In this document: one piece after another, positions 61,833 to 64,000 of the stretch | Numbering within the stretch: the stretch's first letter is position 1 | How the letters are laid out: each line of letters opens with the position of its first letter | Origin: Candidatus Poribacteria bacterium | Lineage (GTDB): Bacteria > Poribacteria > WGA-4E > PCPOR2b | Assembly (NCBI GenBank): GCA_965215015.1 | Contig: OZ244042.1 | Coordinates: forward strand, 2,944,001-3,008,000 | Length of the DNA: 64,000 bases | Direction of reading: 5' to 3' | Program-made: the position numbers and the translations under genes | The notes under the pieces: model-generated | What the model saw: the letters and a program-made list of their open reading frames with translations, nothing else | The model's database searches: none | Told to the model about the DNA's origin: nothing

Positions 61833-63299
61833 ATGGCAAAAGCTGACATTGGACTCATTGGATTAGCCGTGATGGGCGAAAACTTGACTCTCAATATTGA
61901 GAGTCGAGGATTTCGAGTCTCGGTATTCAATCGTACTGTCTCAAAGGTGGATCATTTTATCGCAGGACGGGCAAAGGGTAAGAATGTCGTTGGAACACAC
62001 TCAATCAAGGAGTTCATTGGTTCACTGAGTACGCCGAGGAAAATAATCCTAATGGTGCAAGCTGGGGCTGCGGTCGACGCATGTATCAACGAATTGGCGC
62101 CACATCTGTCAGAAGGCGATCTAATCATTGATGGCGGGAACTCGAATTTCCAAGACACCATCCGCCGTAATAATGACCTCGCAGCGAGGGGAATACGGTT
62201 TATGGGAACCGGCATATCGGGTGGTGAGGAAGGGGCTCGATATGGCCCCGCGATGATGCCCGGCGGCGATCCCGAGGCTTACGCGCTTGTCGAACCTATC
62301 TTCACAAAAATTGCAGCCCAAGTTGATGCGACTCCGTGTGTATCTCACATCGGTCCCGATGGTGCCGGACACTATGTGAAAATGGTGCATAACGGCATCG
62401 AATACGGAGACATGCAAATCATCTGTGAGACGTACGCCCTGATGAAACACGCCCTCGGCCTGAGTGCTGAGGAGATGTACCGGACTTTCAAAGAATGGAA
62501 TGAAGGTGAGTTAGATTCGTACCTGATTGAGATTACAGCTGACATCTTCACGCAGATGGACAAATCGGGTGTGCCCCTCGTGGAGGTCATCCTTGATGCT
62601 GCGGGTCAAAAGGGGACGGGAAAATGGACCAGCATCTCTGCGCTTAATACTGGCATTGCTGCTCCGACAATCGCTGAGGCGGTCTTCGCGCGGTGTATCT
62701 CGGCGGTTAAGGAGGAACGGGTCAAAGCCTCAAAAATTATCCGCGGTCCTCGTGGAAAATATGAAGGCAACAAATCGGAGTTGCTGGCGGCTATCCACGA
62801 CGCCATGTATGCTTCTAAAATCTGCTCCTACGCCCAGGGGTTTGCGTTGATGCGCGAAGCAAGCGGTGAATATAATTGGGATCTCGATCTGGGGACAATC
62901 GCTCTCGGCTGGCGCGGGGGGTGCATTATTCGCGCCCGCTTCCTGCATCGCATTGCTGATGCTTACGAGAAAGACGCTAACTTGCCAAATCTGTTACTCG
63001 ATCCCTACTTCCTCGAAGTCATTGAACGGACTCAGGACAATTGGCGTCATGTGGTTACAACTGCTATACAATTCGGTATTCCGACACCTGCCTGTAGTTC
63101 GGCTTTGGCGTACTTTGATAGCTACCGCAGTGCTCGTGTATCCGCCAACCTCATCCAAGCCCAACGGGATTACTTTGGTGCACACACTTACAACCGGATT
63201 GATGCTGATGGAAAGACAGTTGTCGGATCGGATGGGCAGCCGACAGTATTCCACACGGAGTGGATGGTGGAGGGTAGGCCAGAAGTCGTCGTCGGGTAA
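61833..63299 (+). CDS. gnd: 6-phosphogluconate dehydrogenase, NADP-dependent, decarboxylating
   Basis: [53 protein letters not shown]. Confidence 0.98.
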   Translation: MAKADIGLIGLAVMGENLTLNIESRGFRVSVFNRTVSKVDHFIAGRAKGKNVVGTHSIKEFIGSLSTPRKIILMVQAGAAVDACINELAPHLSEGDLIIDGGNSNFQDTIRRNNDLAARGIRFMGTGISGGEEGARYGPAMMPGGDPEAYALVEPIFTKIAAQVDATPCVSHIGPDGAGHYVKMVHNGIEYGDMQIICETYALMKHALGLSAEEMYRTFKEWNEGELDSYLIEITADIFTQMDKSGVPLVEVILDAAGQKGTGKWTSISALNTGIAAPTIAEAVFARCISAVKEERVKASKIIRGPRGKYEGNKSELLAAIHDAMYASKICSYAQGFALMREASGEYNWDLDLGTIALGWRGGCIIRARFLHRIADAYEKDANLPNLLLDPYFLEVIERTQDNWRHVVTTAIQFGIPTPACSSALAYFDSYRSARVSANLIQAQRDYFGAHTYNRIDADGKTVVGSDGQPTVFHTEWMVEGRPEVVVG

Positions 63300-63397
63300 G
63301 ATACTGTTTATGGATTCATGAGTTCAGTGAAGCGATAAATCTATGAATACTTGAACTTATGTCAATCCGATGGGCCGGATTGAAGGGGGAGAATTGA

Positions 63398-64000
63398 ATG
63401 GATCAAGATCCAGCAGCAGCACTAAAAAACTTCCGACCGAAACATAGCTATTTCGTCGGAATTGATTCGGATGGTTGTGCGTTCAACTCGATGGAAGTCA
63501 AGCACAACGACTGCTTCAGCGTTAACCTGATTAAGCACTTTGGGCTTCCCGCCGTTTCGCGACAAGTCCATCAAGCGTGGGATTTTGTGAATCTTTACTC
63601 AAAAACACGCGGCTGTAATCGTTTCAAAGCAATCCTTCTTGTCTGTGATTTTCTTCGGGAAATGCCGAAAGTTCAGAAAGCTGGTGTTTCAGTTCCAGAT
63701 TTTCCGTATCTTCGGGAATGGGCAGAATCGGAAACCAAGCTCGGCAATCCCACACTCAAGGCAGTGATTGAAAACACAACGGGAGCACAGCAGGAGGAGT
63801 TGAGCCAAGTGCTTGAGTGGAGTCTTGCTGTCAATGAGAGCATCGCTGAGATTGTCCACAATCTGCCTCCCTTCCCCGGTGTCCGTGAGACCCTGCAAAG
63901 TCTACAGGGGCGCGCTGATGCAATTGTGGTTTCAGCGACCCCCAACGAGGCTCTCAGACGGGAATGGGCTGAGCACAATATCGATCAATATGTCGCGGTG
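63398..64000 (+). CDS. HAD-superfamily hydrolase (runs off the window end)
   Basis: MDQDPAAALKNFRPKHSYFVGIDSDGCAF (DxDG motif I), VVSATP motif II; frame open to the window end. Confidence 0.8.
   Translation, partial: MDQDPAAALKNFRPKHSYFVGIDSDGCAFNSMEVKHNDCFSVNLIKHFGLPAVSRQVHQAWDFVNLYSKTRGCNRFKAILLVCDFLREMPKVQKAGVSVPDFPYLREWAESETKLGNPTLKAVIENTTGAQQEELSQVLEWSLAVNESIAEIVHNLPPFPGVRETLQSLQGRADAIVVSATPNEALRREWAEHNIDQYVAV

Overview
Bacterial chromosomal window. It is probably Candidatus Poribacteria; this is an inference from several secreted LamG-like proteins ending in an AV(E/S)PxGKLxTxWxx(L/I)K tail and from the sulfatase/enolase/Gfo-Idh-MocA content. 0.2-10.3 kb is a dense partner-switching signalling cluster: 4 STAS anti-anti-sigma proteins, 2 RsbW-like kinases, 2 PP2C phosphatases, a PAS hybrid kinase and a single-domain receiver. 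It is followed by a cNMP-protein / AI-2E transporter / squalene-hopene-cyclase-like / glycosyltransferase run. Housekeeping genes are dnaK, polA, dppABC-like, glcB, hisG, ligA, an AddA-like helicase, cysK, cysH, a ClpX-like ATPase and gnd. There is also a sulfur-carrier (ThiS/MoaD + JAB + NIL) module and a LamG cluster. Intergenic DNA is full of MITE/REP-like repeats. The most notable unexplained items are: an ORF-less IS200/IS605-like element with its own promoter and a ~240-nt hairpin-rich transcript (candidate stand-alone omegaRNA); a conserved C-terminal sorting-like motif on LamG proteins; two candidate structured ncRNAs; a sigma54 promoter with paired enhancer palindromes ahead of a receiver-dnaK unit; a 358-bp tandem duplication of a gene tail; a Thr-type sulfatase; and a MarR-ferritin fusion. 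No rRNA, tRNA or CRISPR array was seen. All calls come from reading the sequence by eye; no database searches or folding programs were run.
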